Part shown: in pieces, positions 39,961 to 52,600 of the stretch
How the letters are laid out: the number at the start of each line of letters is the position of its first letter
Position numbering within the stretch: the stretch's first letter is position 1
Assembly: GCA_951406725.2 (NCBI GenBank)
Contig: OX597826.1
Location: 9,920,001 to 9,984,000, forward strand
Reading direction: 5' to 3'
Source: Octopus vulgaris
Lineage: Eukaryota
DNA: 64,000 bases
Position numbers and translations under genes: made by a program
Notes under the pieces: generated by a model
What the model was told of the DNA's origin: nothing
Seen by the model: the letters and a program-made list of their open reading frames with translations, nothing else
The model's database searches: none

Positions 39961-40165
39961 TGCCATGGTTGTGATATCATCATTGAACTTCTGTTTTCCA
40001 TGCTGGCATACGTTGGATGGTTTGACAGGAGCTGGCAACGTCAAGAATCACATCAGGTGCCATTGTCTGTTTTGACATGGTTTTTATAACTCGATGCCTT
40101 TCCTAATGCCAACCACTTTACAGAGTGTACTAGGTGCACCAGCACCAACAGGATCACCAAGTACC

Positions 40166-40398
40166 TATTTCTTTACTACCCACAAGGGGCTAAACACAGA
40201 GAGAACAAGCAAAGACAGACAAACGGATTAAGTCGATTATATCGACCCCAGAGCGTAACTGGTACTTATTTAATCGACCCCGAAAGGATGAAAGGCAAAG
40301 TCAACCTCGTCGGAATTTGAACTCAGAACGTAGCGGCGGACGAAATACCGCAAAGCATTTCGCCCGGCGTGCTAACGATTCTGCCAGCTCGCCGCCTT
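40166..40398 (-). mobile_element. Full-length SINE family A
   Basis: High identity to 5300-5529. Confidence 0.92.
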
Positions 40399-40692
40399 AA
40401 TTAGAATTATTACCATGAACTTTGAACTCTAAAGATTCAGTACTCAGTAACTTAACACTCTAATGGCTCTGTCAAATTAACACCTTGAAATAAAGTACTG
40501 ATATTTATTTTACTATATCTAGCAGGTTGAAAAATCAAAGCTTTGACACAGTCACTTTGCTTGAGCTTGGGCCCAAGATTATAATGGAAACTTTCATAAG
40601 TGGTGCAGTAACCTCTCTACAAGGGAGTCAAAATGTTTGGGTTTATGGTTGATATTTTGTCCCAGGTGGCCATGCATTCTCAACTACTGGGG

Positions 40693-40987
40693 CAGTGATT
40701 CTCAACTGGGGTCCATATAAGACTTTTGGCGTTCCACAGTAATATTTTATGGATCCATGAAAAATTTTGTTCTTGATGTATTTATTGCAAGAGCAGCTGT
40801 TTCTTTTGTTAATATTTTACATAGTTCAAACTATACATGTGAATGTGTGATAAACAAAATAAGAATTTTAAAGAAATCATCTATAAAACAAGTTTTTGAG
40901 CATTGAATAGCTAGTGGGGAGGGCAGTTCCACCATAATAAAATAGTAATGAAAGGGGTCCATAGGGGGAAATGGTTGAGAACCATTT
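40693..40987. mobile_element. hAT (Charlie-type) MITE
   Basis: CAGTGATTCTCAAC...GGTTGAGAACCAT termini. Confidence 0.6.
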
Positions 40988-42226
40988 TACTAAAGGAACT
41001 GAGGAACGTAATTAATTTACTGTTTGTAAATCAACTTAGATTTTGCGTAGATGTTGATTTAAGTTTTAAAAAAATCTAATTAAAAATAAAGCACGTGATC
41101 AGGAACTAGATTATTGCACTTCTAAATCTCCTGAGATTTTTCTAAACTTGTATGTATGCATATTCTGAAACGATGCAGGCTTTTGATTTACAATCCACTA
41201 TTTAGAAAATGTGAAGATGACCCTAACACTTTATATTATCACTCGATCTACTAAGAACAGCAGCCAAAATCTCCCTCAAATTACACTCGAGTTTTTTTTT
41301 AAGAAAAAATACGTTTGATAACGTGGTTCTGGGTTTTCTGCACTTAGTAAAAAGATGGGATGGTAAAAGCTGATCAGCCCTTGATCATGTGTCTGCTCGA
41401 TCGGGTTGATCTTGGAGAAACAAAATAGTAAAAACATATGTGTGTATAAGTCGTACATAGTAATGAGAGCATGACTAGACAATAGATATTCAATAATCTA
41501 AATCGATCTTTACTGCTGTTTATATGGTTCTTCCATCGGAGCTGACCTAGGGTTCAATACAATACTAGTGAACTCGCAGCAAGGACAATGAGCTGTATTT
41601 CGTTGTGACAGCGAAGTGGAGAGTATGTAAATCATGGTGAGAGATTCTACGAAAACGCCTATGACAATAAACTGCCAGCTCTGTCGTGGATTTCCGTTCA
41701 TTTAGCCCGTCAGTGTTCTGGATATAAAAGTCGGTGTGGTGTACTATAGTAAAAGGAATTAGTACAAACGAGTAGTAGTAACGTGGGCGCTACTTTGCTA
41801 TTTGCTTTTTCAGTAAAAGATGTCCCTGAGTATTATTTACCCGGAGTTTTATGGATATCAGAGTTATTTCAGTGTGGAAATTTTTTTTTTAGCCCTAGAC
41901 CAGCCCGGATTCACAAAACCTGCAACAACTAAATGTAACACAGTGATCCAGGGCACCAGGTTTCTAATACTCCCACTTTACTGGGAACAACAACAAGCTT
42001 CTGAAGTGCAGTGGTTTTGTTGCATCGTGTGCAGTGAGCTCCATTTGGGCAAGCTGTGTTTTCTCTTGTCAGTATAACTGTTGCTGCTGTTTAGCCCCAG
42101 GTCAGCCTTAATTTAACAGACCAGTGATCAAAGTTTCAATCGTGACCATCCCGTCTTTTAAAGTCCACGTAGAGTTATTTTACCCAATGTGTTTTGTTTT
42201 TCTTACTTAAGAGAGAAGGGTGTGCT

Positions 42227-42481
42227 TTCATGGGGGATTTGGCTGCCTTTTCTAGAAGGTCGAGCGAACCACATTATACTTCTTCATAGGTTCCGCGGGG
42301 TGACCACAATCGAAGTAGACTGGACTAGCTCGGTTGGAGCACAACAGTTGCTGGTCCACTGCACTTATTAATGGTGAGACAAATGAGGTCACTGATGCGC
42401 TACCGTTGTTGTGTGTGTCTATGAAGAAGTATAATGTGGTTCGCTCGACCTTCTAGAAAAGGCAGCCAAATCCCCCATGAA
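42227..42481. repeat. Perfect 63-bp inverted repeat with 129-bp spacer
   Basis: 42227-42289 is the exact reverse complement of 42419-42481. Confidence 0.92.
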
Positions 42482-42599
42482 CTGAGGGTGTTGGTTGTAT
42501 TCTTAAGATAGTGTTGAATTAGTGTTCTGGAGCATTTAATTTGAGACAGTTAAACATATAACAACATAGACTGTGCAGCGTGAAGCTTGTTGCAGAAAC

Positions 42600-43480
42600 A
42601 AACGGTACCATTTGTCTTTTTCATGCGTATTTTTTTTTGTTACATTGTAATTTATATGCGTAGAATACGTGAAGGTGCGGAATAAGCTCTTTCTGTTCTC
42701 TGTAGTATGTTGTGATTTTAGTAAGAAACTGAAGGCCCAGGAAGGACTGGATCCATTTTATTTTGCGACGTTTCCTAAATGCGGTGCCCGAATGCAATGA
42801 TTTTGTGCTTTTGTACGTTTTGCTTTCTTTACCATCTTTTGTGTGCCGTGAAATGTAATTCCTCATATTTTGTTTTTCTACGCAAATGTGATAGATTTAC
42901 AGCAGTCCACTTGTTTAGTGCATTCAGTAAGGCTATTTATGAAAACCACAACAAAGCGCCTGTGGCGAGATATGAACCTGTCTCCACTTTGGTCTGAAGA
43001 TCAACACTTTTAATACTGAAAGAAGAAAAAAAAAAGAAAAGAAAACCATTTATGCAGACGCATGTAGACTTGTTTGTATTTCATAATCAAGACAGAAAGA
43101 GAAGAGATAATTGCTTTTCACTTCCACGGCAACTGGTCTGACCTGCATAGTGCATACAGTGGAGTAGTAGCGAGAACACTAGCAACAGTTGTAGTAATGG
43201 TAGAGTAGGAGTGAGAACAGCAGCAACTGCTGTAGTAATTGTAATGGTACTTTGGTAGTGAGAGGAACTGAAAGGAAGGAGAGGGAGGAGAAACGAGAAT
43301 GAAAGACTAAACAAGAAATACTTCCAACTGACACCTGTCGGTTCGTTTGTAAACAACATTTTATAGTACTCATGACTTCAGCTAAACAAATTCTAAATAT
43401 AGATCGATCTTCTTGTATATATGTATGTAGTTCCTCCATGTATACTGACAAAATTATTGGCTCAGCCTTGACAAAGCAGG
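42600..43480 (+). promoter_or_regulatory. Repeat-poor, CpG-richer island; candidate promoter/5' UTR exon
   Basis: SINEs are absent and the sequence is purine-rich and UTR-like. Contains a forkhead-type GTAAACA and CAG|GTTAAC at ~43479. No ORF support. Confidence 0.25.
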
Positions 43481-45137
43481 TTAACATTAATCAGGCACTC
43501 GTTTGAAATCGCTCCAAATTTAATTGCATTCCCAGTTGGGATTTGGCAGAGTTGGTGTTGGGTCCAGGGATTGCTTTCTAGTCCCTTTCCTGTAGAAAAT
43601 TGCGGTACAAGTGACTTTGTGTTGTTATTTATATAAGGCCACGCTTTGCCATTTATGGCGAGCTTTTCCAACACTTGACAATGTTTTTAACGTTGGGTAT
43701 CAATCGACATTTTACTGTAAACCTTCGTGTCGACATTTCAAAGCTTATATCTTCTAATGCTTACAACCAAATATTTCGAACCTGTTTTGTCAAAAGTAAA
43801 ACAACGTAATAAGGAATTAATTAATAAGGAAGTTGGATGCATTTATCAGAATTAATGTGGTGACCTTGTTTATTCCGACGATCGATTTCAGCAATTAAGC
43901 GTGGTATAAGATAGGTGTTACCTATTTTGATATTATATTTCTCTGTAAAAATTTATTGTTTTTGTTAATGGATTAGGAAAATTTTAAAGTTTTTAGGAAA
44001 GTTATACTTGTTGATTAAATTACTAAATTACTTCTGGTATTTTTCATATTGAAGTTATTTGTATTAATTAAATTACTTTTTAACAAAATTATTTTTTTTT
44101 ATAAATTGTATTTGATTTTAATGTTTTAAAACCAATTTGCAGAATAATTCAATATTTTGACCACAAAAGCGGAAAAGGCTTTTTATTTCAAAACGAGCCC
44201 TTATTAAAATGTCTAGTGTTCCTTTTTGTTATATAATTAATAAATGTGAAGCTAATTCATTAATTTATGAAATTATCTTTTCTTTAAAAGTCATTAACCG
44301 TTATCTCTAAGATGCTTGGACAAGGGTTTGTGTTTCTAGCAGCTGATTATTCCTGATTGAACAGATCTATCATTAAAGATATTCCACATGCGGTGATTCT
44401 GTCTATTTTTTAGGAGTATATAGAACTGCATTATCAAATGTGTCCTTTCCTCCTTTAAGACGGTCAATTTGGCTGCTAATTCTAGTAGCGTGAAGGACCA
44501 CATAAGATACTCCCTCGTTGGCTCTTTGTATCTGAGAAAACGTGAAGTCAGAGGTTCATATCCTGTTACTGGCATGATGTGTCTGTGGTCAAGAACTTAA
44601 CATAAGAACTTCAGTCCGTTCAATTCTACGTACATAACGTTGGGCATCAGCAAGCACTGTCTGCCATGTAGAAGATCTCTCCATCTTCGGCTTTAGTATT
44701 CCCCACCAATCTATTGATTTCTTCAATTAATGAGTGTATCTCCATTCTAAGATGGAACACGGCTTGTTTATGGTTTTACAGTTCTTCCTTTGATTGGCTA
44801 TTCAGATGTAAATGTTTTGGTAGTCGTTATATTTGCGCATTCACAAACCCCTTCTTGCTCTCAATATATTTATTCCATTTTATTTTATAGAAATTACATT
44901 TTATTAAAATAGCGATGTATTTCACTGAGGATTGAATATAGAACATATACATTTTAAAAATAAATGTGGTTGCGGTCACGAAGGACATTTGAAAGGCAAT
45001 CAAAATATTTGTAATTTTTGTAATATGAATCAAGGTTATGGATAATAATATAAAGAACCTATATATAAATAAATAAATAAGCCGAACACACACACATTTA
45101 TTTATGTATCTATTGAAATTGTTTTATCAGAGGAGGT

Positions 45138-45442
45138 GTATAACTACAGTTTGGTACCCCCCGACTTCAGAATTTTTCAGATTAATATGTTTGAAATATG
45201 ATTTCTTGATCTACGCTCTCGAAAATGTATTATCCCAGAATGTCTTTAAAATGTCCATTTGAAAGAGTTATGAAGGAACTAAGTTTGAGGTGTGGGGAAG
45301 ATTAAAAAAAAAAAATTCTATCCACATAATTGTAATCTAAGCTATCGAAAATTTACCTCTGCAAAATTCCATTTAAATATATGCATTTCTTAGAAAGCAT
45401 ATTTCTGAACCTAAGTTAAGGGGCATTAAACTGTAGTTATAC
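45138..45442. mobile_element. MITE, superfamily unassigned
   Basis: TIR gtataactacagttt / aaactgtagttatac, extending imperfectly to cccc/gggg. Confidence 0.7.
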
Positions 45443-46023
45443 CAGATGTGGAAAGTTAGCTGCCATGTCTTTTTACAGTGAAGATGTTACCCTCAGAGCA
45501 GATACCTGCGGTAAATGATTACAACAGAGGGGATTCTGATAAAAACATCCAAGAGCAAATGATGATTGTGGGTGGGTCAACAGATTAAGCTGACCACAAA
45601 AGAACAGAAATGGTCTCGGTAACAGGTTTCCATGCAGTTCTGTTCACAAGGCTTTGGTCAATACAAGACCGTTGTAGGAGATACTTGCCTGAGGTGCCTA
45701 GCATTGGTATCAAATTCGAAAAAAAAAAAAACTGCTTAACCACACAATCAATCCTGGAATTGCCAGAGAAATTGTGGATAAGCTAAGGTATCTGATGCTA
45801 AAGTTTCAATTAAGGATATTTTCTTTTACATATCTAACCCCATCTCTAACCATCTGTCATTCTCCACTCACAGTCTTAACCCTACCCCTATCCACTGTTT
45901 ATATTCTTTCTCCCTTAAACTCCCTCTTTTCTACCTTGAGAGTATTCTCTGGCACCCAGTCATCACCATCTTTATCTTCCTTCTAGTTACTCTCATCCAC
46001 CTTCATATAATGTGAGGTTGTCT

Positions 46024-46438
46024 GGATCTTTTCGGTTTGAACGGCAGTTTTTAACATAATTTCTAGGTAACTAAAAAATTTTTAACTTCGTATACTGGTA
46101 GAATGTATTTATAAAAGATCTTTTCTCTTGGCTTTATTGAGAAAATTCTATAGTTTGTAAGATATTTGTTGTTTTTTTTCTTCATTTTCTGCAATTTCAA
46201 CCAATCAATGACGTCTATTGAGGGGAAAACATTCTGTGCCGTATGAATATGTCCCTTGTTTAAGAAACAGATTGGGTTTATTTACATTTGTGAAGAAAAA
46301 AAGATACCCTTCCCCCCACCCGTAACCCTAACCCTAAAACAGATTGAAATGCAATAGATCGATACTAGGGTCATAATTATGGGTGACAATTTCATATGAC
46401 TCTGCTAGAAAAAACTGCCGTTCAAACCAAAAAGATCC
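46024..46438 (-). mobile_element. Merlin-like MITE with 8-bp TSD
   Basis: GGATC...GATCC TIRs. Flanks ggttgtct (46016-46023) and ggtagtct (46439-46446). Confidence 0.88.
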
Positions 46439-47664
46439 GGTAGTCTTATAATTTCTCTATAGCAAGATGCCTTTGTTTGTCCCTGTATCATACTTTAGCC
46501 TTCAACACCTGGCATAAACCCACTTCCCCTCTCTCAAATACACTCCTACTCAGTCGAGAGGGCTTTTTACCTCTTCCTTTCATTCTTTTCTTTATCTTAC
46601 AAGTTACTTGGCAACATTGCTAGTGCCATTGTCATGCAAACCACATCCCAGTAAGAACTATAAAGTAGTTGGTGTTTGGAAGGGTACCTGGTCATAGAAA
46701 CCATGCCAAAGCTGACACTGGAGCTTGACCGAGCCCAGCAGTTCATTGGATCCTGTCAAATTGTCCAACTCATGACAGCATGGAAAATGAACATTGGATA
46801 ACGATGTTGATGCTGGTGATCCGTCAGTTTTTAACAATAAAAATGTCGCTGTTAAAACAGCTCGTTTAAGTACTTTGTTCGCATCTTGCAGTGTTGTTCA
46901 TTACTGTTTTTTTTTTAAACTTTGGTTACTGGCAATTATCCAAAATATTCATCAGCTCTTATTAACAACACACTATTAATCTATTATTGATATATTTTTA
47001 CAGATTAACAAGGTTAATGTCAACTATAGAGAAAAAGGAAATATAAGCTGGATGGAAAATACCAGGACGCTTCATAGTGTGCAGTTGGCATTTTTAAAAA
47101 ATAAAAAAAACTTACTGCAGTGTCTAAGTTAACATCACCATCTGATCGTTAGATGCTTTACTGCAAATGTTCAGACCAAATACCCTGTTACTTCTCTGGC
47201 AACACTATTGCTGCAGAAATATCCTGCAGGTGTTCTAACTGAGCACCGGTTGCATCGTTCTTACCAGTCTGGGACCACCTGCAAGGATCACTGTCTGTCC
47301 TCACACGGTAGATAGAATCTTCAATACACGTCAAAACCTTACTAACACTCAAGCTCTTCTCCATTTTACATGTTTATAATGTTTCATTACATTTTATATT
47401 TTATGCCATATATATATAAATATATGCATATATTATTCTTATATGAATAATATATATATATATATATATATGGCCTGCTTGCTTAACCAGCGGGGTGGCG
47501 TCATTTGAAGGCTAAAACAAGGCGAAGCGCATTGTGACCAGCGATGTGTAGCAACATCTGATAGCCTGGTCAGTCACGTGATCACGTGATATATATATAT
47601 ATACATGCTAGCAACCGTCCAACCCATGCTAGCATGGAAAATGGACGTTAAACGATGATGATGA

Positions 47665-47710
<46 letters not shown>

Positions 47711-47989
47711 CAAATAAGAAAATGGAGAAGCAATTTAGTTGGTTTATCAGCTTTCGGATATTAGAATGTTGACTAAATTGTTTCTCCATTTTCTTATTTG
47801 TATTATAAATTAATGGTAAAATATTTCTTTACTTTCACCCATTTAATACAATAAATAAGTTAATTGCATTGCGATTAAAAACATTTGTGTAATTAAGAAT
47901 TTGGGTATTATACCAACTGTATATTGGATAAGTATTATCCCTTAGTGGGTTGGATCCATAACCCCTAACTTACTTGGTGTATGTATATA

Positions 47990-48222
47990 TATATCACATG
48001 ATCACGTGACCGACCAGACCATCAGATGTTGCTACACATCGCTGATCACAATGCGTTCGCATTGTTTTAGCCTTCGAATGACGCCACCCTGCTGGCTAAG
48101 CGAGCAGGCCAACAGAAGAGTGAGAGAAAGACAATAAACACACAACGCCCGGTCTGGGAATCGAAACCGCGATCCTACGACCGCGAGTCCGCTACCCTAA
48201 CCACTAGGCCATTGTGCCTCCA
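47990..48222 (-). mobile_element. OR-like SINE, second tail type, internally deleted
   Basis: tRNA-like head at 48160-48222. The tail matches 47472-47590(+) and 63105-63220(-). Confidence 0.8.
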
Positions 48223-48232
48223 CACACACACG

Positions 48233-48301
<69 letters not shown>

Positions 48302-48451
48302 TGTGTGCATTAGAACACATTAAGAGGCTTCCAAATGGGAAAGCCTTGTGCTAGAAAGAGCAGTAGAAAACTCAAACCACTAATTATGGATAAATTCTCG
48401 AAAGGATTGAAAATTAAAAACGTTTACCATCTATTTGAAATCTAAAGGCTA

Positions 48452-48518
48452 CCTACTGATGAAAACTAGCCTCAGTAAATATTTTTTTACTGGAATTAGT
48501 TAGAAACCATGATCTAGG
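48452..48518 (+). ncRNA. Type I hammerhead ribozyme with long stem II, probably degenerate
   Basis: CCUA-CUGAUGA-[AACUAG..CAGUAAA/UUUACUG..UUAGUU]-GAAA-CCAUG-AUC-UAGG, with a C-A mismatch in stem III. It lies in the loop of a perfect 43-bp inverted repeat (48391-48433/48527-48569). Confidence 0.65.
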
Positions 48519-48844
48519 AACTAAATTAGATGGTAAACGTTTTTAATTTTCAATCCTTTCGAGAATTTACAAATGAATAATATAAAATATTCATAGCTAA
48601 GGAGAGTATTCATATAGTAAGTAATAGGATTGAGGAGCAATCAGTATTCCTTGGAGACCTTAAAACAGGGTTTCCCAACCTATTTTACCCCAGGCCCCAC
48701 TATAATTTCCCAGAAAAATTTATGCTCCACTGGTGGTTGGAAAAAAACAACATTATTTTTAATATTCTATCACAATTATTTAATACAAAATAATCTACCA
48801 GTAACTCTTTTATTAAATACCGAGTATTGACTTCACATAATTAA

Positions 48845-49030
48845 TATAATGAAATTATTGTATACAGTGCTCAGGTGCGCCACAACTTGTCAGAAAGTGC
48901 ATATAAAGTACATGCAGTAATGTAAAAATGTCTGGGAAGCGAACAGTGTATGAGTCAGATATATGCTTGCGTGTGTATGGAGGGGAGAAAATCAGGTGTA
49001 GTGTTGGTGAATCTCAAAAAGCATGGAATT
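48845..49030 (-). mobile_element. LINE 3' end (CR1/L2-like) with (ATT)-type tail
   Basis: gcacctgagcactgtatacaataa...cattat end. A second copy lies at ~60790-60905(+). Confidence 0.65.
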
Positions 49031-50156
49031 CCTTAGAGAACTATCCACACTAGGGCATTAGAATAGCACTATACTGTAGCAAACAGTCTTCATACGGTAT
49101 TCTTTGGCTGGAGAGACTGGTTTGGCCAGGCTGAGTATAGGTGTAGTATGTTTGCTGTGAAAAAAAGAATTTTCACAAATCCATTCCCACTAAAAAAAAA
49201 AGAGAGAGAGAGAGAAAATATTTTGGATCTCACTTGGTTCTGTGTTCAGTCCCACCACAAGCTATCTTGGGCAAGTGTCTTGTACTCTAGACCCAGGTCA
49301 ACCAAAGCCTTGAGTGTGGATTTGGTAGATAGAAACAGAAAGAAGTCTGCTATGTTCATGTATACATCTATATATATATGTGTGTGTGTGTCTTAGTGTT
49401 TGTCTTCCTCTTGACAACCAGTATTTAGTAGTTAGGTCAAAAGTTCTATAGAATTAGTACCAGGTTTAAAAAGTAAGTACTGAGGTCTAATTTGTTTGGC
49501 TCAAACCCTTCAAAGCAGTGCCCCGTCATAGCAGCAGTCCAATGACTGAAACAAGTAAAAGATGAAAGTATTTGACATTAGTTACATAATAACATATGTA
49601 TTGTGATCCCTGTTAGTCATGGCAACTAGAGATATCATGTGATAAATGTGCAATGAGGCTAACTCAAAACTAATAAATTATTTACTTTCCTAGTAAAGAA
49701 AAAAGTGCAGGACAAGAACCAAGGGAGATAACAAATGTTGAAAGATGTACTTTTTAATGGAGAATGACAAACGAATAAATTTGTGTGTGTGAATGTAAGG
49801 ATACCCTTCCCCGCCAAAAAGATAATAAAAAAAACAACAAAGATTTAACTTGTGAATCACAGACAATCCTCCACTTTTTTTTTTCACCACTGGCTTTTTT
49901 TTTTTAAAGTGATTTGCAAATCCTCATTTGCATGAACAAACACATTCATGCCTTATGTGAAATATGACTAAGTCCGGAATTAATAGTCCAACTGAATAAC
50001 TTATAATAGGACATAAATACGTGGTTATTGGCGGGGCCACATTGTTAAGAACTGATTCTCTACATAGGTATGTGTACAAGTATGTATGTATAAGCACACA
50101 AACACACACACACACACGTGTGATGCATGCACATATATATCCATACATGTTATGTT

Positions 50157-50212
<56 letters not shown>

Positions 50213-50609
50213 CATACATGTACATATATATACATATAGATTTATATGTGTGGGCATCCAGCTGTAGAAACTCTGCCAGATCAAGATTGGAGCCTGGTGC
50301 AGCCATCCGGTTCGCCAGTCCTCAGTCAAATCGTCCAACCCATGCTAGCATGGAAAGCGGACGGTAAACGATGATGATGATGATATATATATATATATAT
50401 ACATAGCACTGAGAAGGAAGTGCTTTTCCCACTGACCAATGCGAATGAAACTTTGTCCAGGAGGAACTGTCATCAGACATTATATATATATATATATAAT
50501 TATTTGCAGGATTCAATTGATTTGAGGTATTTTAATAAGGACACTAAGGGTCGAGAATAGAATATCCATGCATAACAATACATATGGACAGTCAAACATA
50601 TATATATAC

Positions 50610-50668
<59 letters not shown>

Positions 50669-50671
<3 letters not shown>

Positions 50672-50882
50672 TAATCCCTTGCCATATCACAGTTCACCTA
50701 TCGCAGTTATTTAAGCTTTCATCGATTCCTCCACAGTATTATTTGGCATTTATAATAAAATAAATTCAAACAAATTATAAAAATAATATAAAAAAATATA
50801 CAGTACTGTTTCTACTTCATGGACTTTCACCTATTGTGAGGGGTTTTGAAACGTAACACCCACAATAGTCGAAGGATTATTG
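50669..50882. mobile_element. pogo/Tigger-like MITE
   Basis: TA-CAGTAATCCCT...AGGATTATTG-TA. Confidence 0.65.
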
Positions 50883-51315
50883 TATATAAACTTGTCCTCT
50901 GATATGCACATAAACAAATCAATATATTCATCAAAATAAACAAATAAACATGTATATTTAAAATCACATTCAGATGATCGTCACCAAGGTGAGGGAGTCA
51001 AAAGAATACATTCGTTATCAGGCAAATGTTAAATTTGGGATTTAAAATTTTTTATCCACCTGAAGAAAAGGTTTTTTTTCTTGATTTGTTCATCAATAAC
51101 AAGTGCATCTGAAACGGTTGTAATGAACATCAATCCATTTGTGTTCTTATATATATATAATGGAGAAATTGTACAAAATGTATAAATGGATGATGGGTAA
51201 AGCACTGGCACAGTTTCGATTACCTGTTGTCATCTGTTGATTTACTGAAGGAACATTGTAGTGGCAGGTGGGGTAACAGTATTAATAAAATAGGAGATGG
51301 AATGTGTAATAGACT

Positions 51316-51373
51316 TTATTGGGTACAACACATGTTTCGACCCGTTTTGGGTCTCTTCAGGTACATCAATAAA
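51316..51373 (-). ncRNA. Minimal type I hammerhead ribozyme, intact core
   Basis: GUAC-CUGAAGA-GACCC(AAAAC)GGGUC-GAAA-C(AUGU)G-UU-GUAC. Stem I is extended by UUUAUUG/CAAUAAA. Confidence 0.85.
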
Positions 51374-51805
51374 AAGTCTCACTAGAGGTTTCTGGAGTCG
51401 GCTTACATAGCGATATATGTCCATCAAATTTGAGAATATACATATATATATATATATAATGCGTATATACACACACATATGTAAAAGAAGGAAAAAAGAA
51501 AATGGAGTTTGGGAAGTTAATAATTGTTTATTATTAACAGCAAATTAATCATCATCCCTTACAGCTGTTTCAGTTAATACTCAGTAAATATTAAATCTAT
51601 ATGACCTGAGCATAAACAATATGAGAGGTCACTATGTGGATCCCTTGTATGCTAAAAATAGATGCCAAACCGTCCTACCACTAAATCTGTGTTCTTAACT
51701 TAGTAAGGCGCTAAATGTTTACAAGCTAGACAAGTGAACAGAAATAAACACAGCACTTAATTCCATATCTTAAGGTTTCGACATGAACAATTCAGTAATT
51801 ATCTG

Positions 51806-52600
51806 TATTGGTAAAAAAGTTCATAGTAGTTTTTTAAGTAAAAGTCATCAGTAGTATTTAGATAGTTGTGCATACCTTTACTTTACCACATATTCCCTAT
51901 TTTGTTCCACTACCTTTCACCATCTTGAGGTGGTTTCATGATCCTATCCTTCCAGAATAGGTCATCTTTGTGGGCCATGTACTGGTCTAAGTGGTTTTAC
52001 ACTCTTTTAAAGAATCAAAGTTCTCCCGTTAAAAGAATTTTGCAGGGATCGGAATAAATGATAATCCAAAGGTGCAAGGTCAGGTGAGTATGGTGGGTGG
52101 GGTAGGACATCCCACCAAGCTGCCCTAATTTCTGCCGGCTCTGCAGAGAAATGGGCAGTCTAGTGTTGCGGTAAGACAACACCCTTTTGGTTGGCCAATT
52201 TTTGATGTTTTACATCAATTGCCCCCTTTAATCGGTCTAACTGGGAACAATAATAGTCTGAATTTAACACCTGATTGCATGAAAGTAGCTCATAATACAC
52301 AACACCCTTCCAAACCTACCAGAAACAGAGCATCACTTTCTTTGGATACAGACCAGCTTTTGTAGAGATTGAAGGCGGATCATCTTGTTTTGCTCAGGAC
52401 CATTTTTGTTTTATTTTGTTGTAAATAATTTATTTCTTATTACACATGATCATTCTTTTCAAAAATGGATAATTTTTGTTTCATCTGAGCAGAGAATTGC
52501 TCTGTTAAGCTTTTCTCCATTAAGTTATGAGGCACCCAAACATCATAGCAATTCATGTAACCAAGTGTTTTTAAATGCTTTATAATGCTCACATGAGCTG
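51806..52600 (-). mobile_element. Decayed mariner transposase (3' two-thirds plus TIR)
   Basis: Minus-strand translations VWVPHNL and [26 protein letters not shown]. Confidence 0.92.

Noticed and set aside
50410-50480. Minus-strand CUGAUGA in a (TA)n-flanked insert
   Set aside because: No stem II closing onto GAAA and no stem I partner; at best a truncated remnant.
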